64,000 bases of DNA from Takakia lepidozioides (taxonomy: Eukaryota; Plantae; Bryophyta), in contig CM060732.1 of the NCBI GenBank assembly GCA_030704615.1, positions 4,278,001 to 4,342,000 on the forward strand. The letters run 5' to 3'. The translations under genes and the position numbers were made by a program. Within the stretch, counting starts at the first letter, position 1; the number at the start of each line of letters is the position of its first letter. The notes under the pieces are model-generated. The model saw nothing but the letters and a program-made list of their open reading frames with translations, made no database searches and was not told the origin of the DNA. Below, in pieces: positions 63,183 to 64,000 of this stretch.

Positions 63183-63232
63183 GTGGTTGTGGACAACAAT
63201 GTAGTTGTGTAGCGATATGTATGCGCACGACA
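63183..63232 (-). mobile_element. LTR-terminus-like fragment shared with 4759-4808
   Basis: 34-bp identity ending ...GCGCACGACA; the other boundary is not identifiable. Confidence 0.5.
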
Positions 63233-64000
63233 ATTGTCAAGAGTGTGAAACTAGCTAGGAAATAGTTATTGACATTTGGGATTGACCCAAGTGTCAATCC
63301 AGGGGCCAATATATGTTTGGGCACCTGACATTGTTATCTTCACGGCAGATCGGGGTGGGCTCATCTTTCTCGAGTTGAGCCTCACCGCGTCTAGCTATGG
63401 CGCCGTAGTGTGGATTCCCATGGAGTGGGGTACACTTGGCTCGACTTAATAGGGAGAAGGATCTGTTGCATCCCTCGCTCTCCTTCTCACTGCTGGAACA
63501 GAGGGTCTGCTGGTCTCATGGATTACCACTCATCATGCGACTTACTACCAAGCAAACAAAGAAATTGAGCTCTCTCTTAAGTTGGCGGAGGATCTGTTCG
63601 CGAGTAAGCTCCCCATTTTTCGTCCCTCGCAAGAAGTCACCATCCATTTCAGCGCGTTCTGGGACAACGCCCCAGACTTTCCATCAGCTTCCACTATTCA
63701 TGTTTTACTTGTTCTCAAATGGAATGACATTGTCACTTGCCCTGAAGAAGTCTATAACATGCCTTGGGTTTCTAAGCATTCCCTTCATAAAAGACTCCGT
63801 CGATATGGTTGATCTTTCCAAGGGCGCGCTCCTTCTTTGGGCGGGCTTTGGGCGGGTTTTATTTTGCTTGATGCCATTCTGGGCTTTGTTTCATCACCCT
63901 AGCTCGCCCTTTGCAATGATAGGGTGGAGGGCCTAATTCTCTCTATCGCCTCCGCTGCAAACAAAGCGCAAGACATGCATTTCCGCTCCACAATCTCTCC

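Noticed and set aside
63300-64000. ORFs 63436-63936 and 63582-63812
   Set aside because: No recognisable domain; probably repeat-derived and cut by the window edge.

Overview
Nuclear DNA of a non-seed land plant that performs organellar C-to-U editing (inferred from a DYW-PPR gene, GT-AG introns and bryophyte/lycophyte-like TEs). About 55 kb is nested, mostly decayed transposons (Ty3/Gypsy, CACTA, Mutator-like, probable LINE). It is followed by two intact head-to-head host genes: a 3-exon PLS-E-DYW PPR gene (-) and splicing factor SF3A1/Prp21 (+). The standout is a Mutator-like DNA transposon present as two large partial copies (19.8-30.6 kb and 38.5-49.5 kb), several fragments and a related 520-bp MITE. 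It pairs a GCM/WRKY-like Zn-finger, MULE-DDE, SWIM transposase (+) with a divergent, intron-rich gene (-) encoding a bacterial-type ParB/Srx domain (DGNHRLLA) and, after manual splicing and frameshift repair, a beta-class N4-cytosine/N6-adenine DNA methyltransferase fold. Its non-coding parts (one intron, the divergent promoter, the 3' subterminal region) hold tandem arrays built on a palindromic TTCGGCGCCGAA/GGCGCC core, with periods of 146, 95, 85 and ~96 bp. All domain calls are by visual motif recognition; no searches were run.
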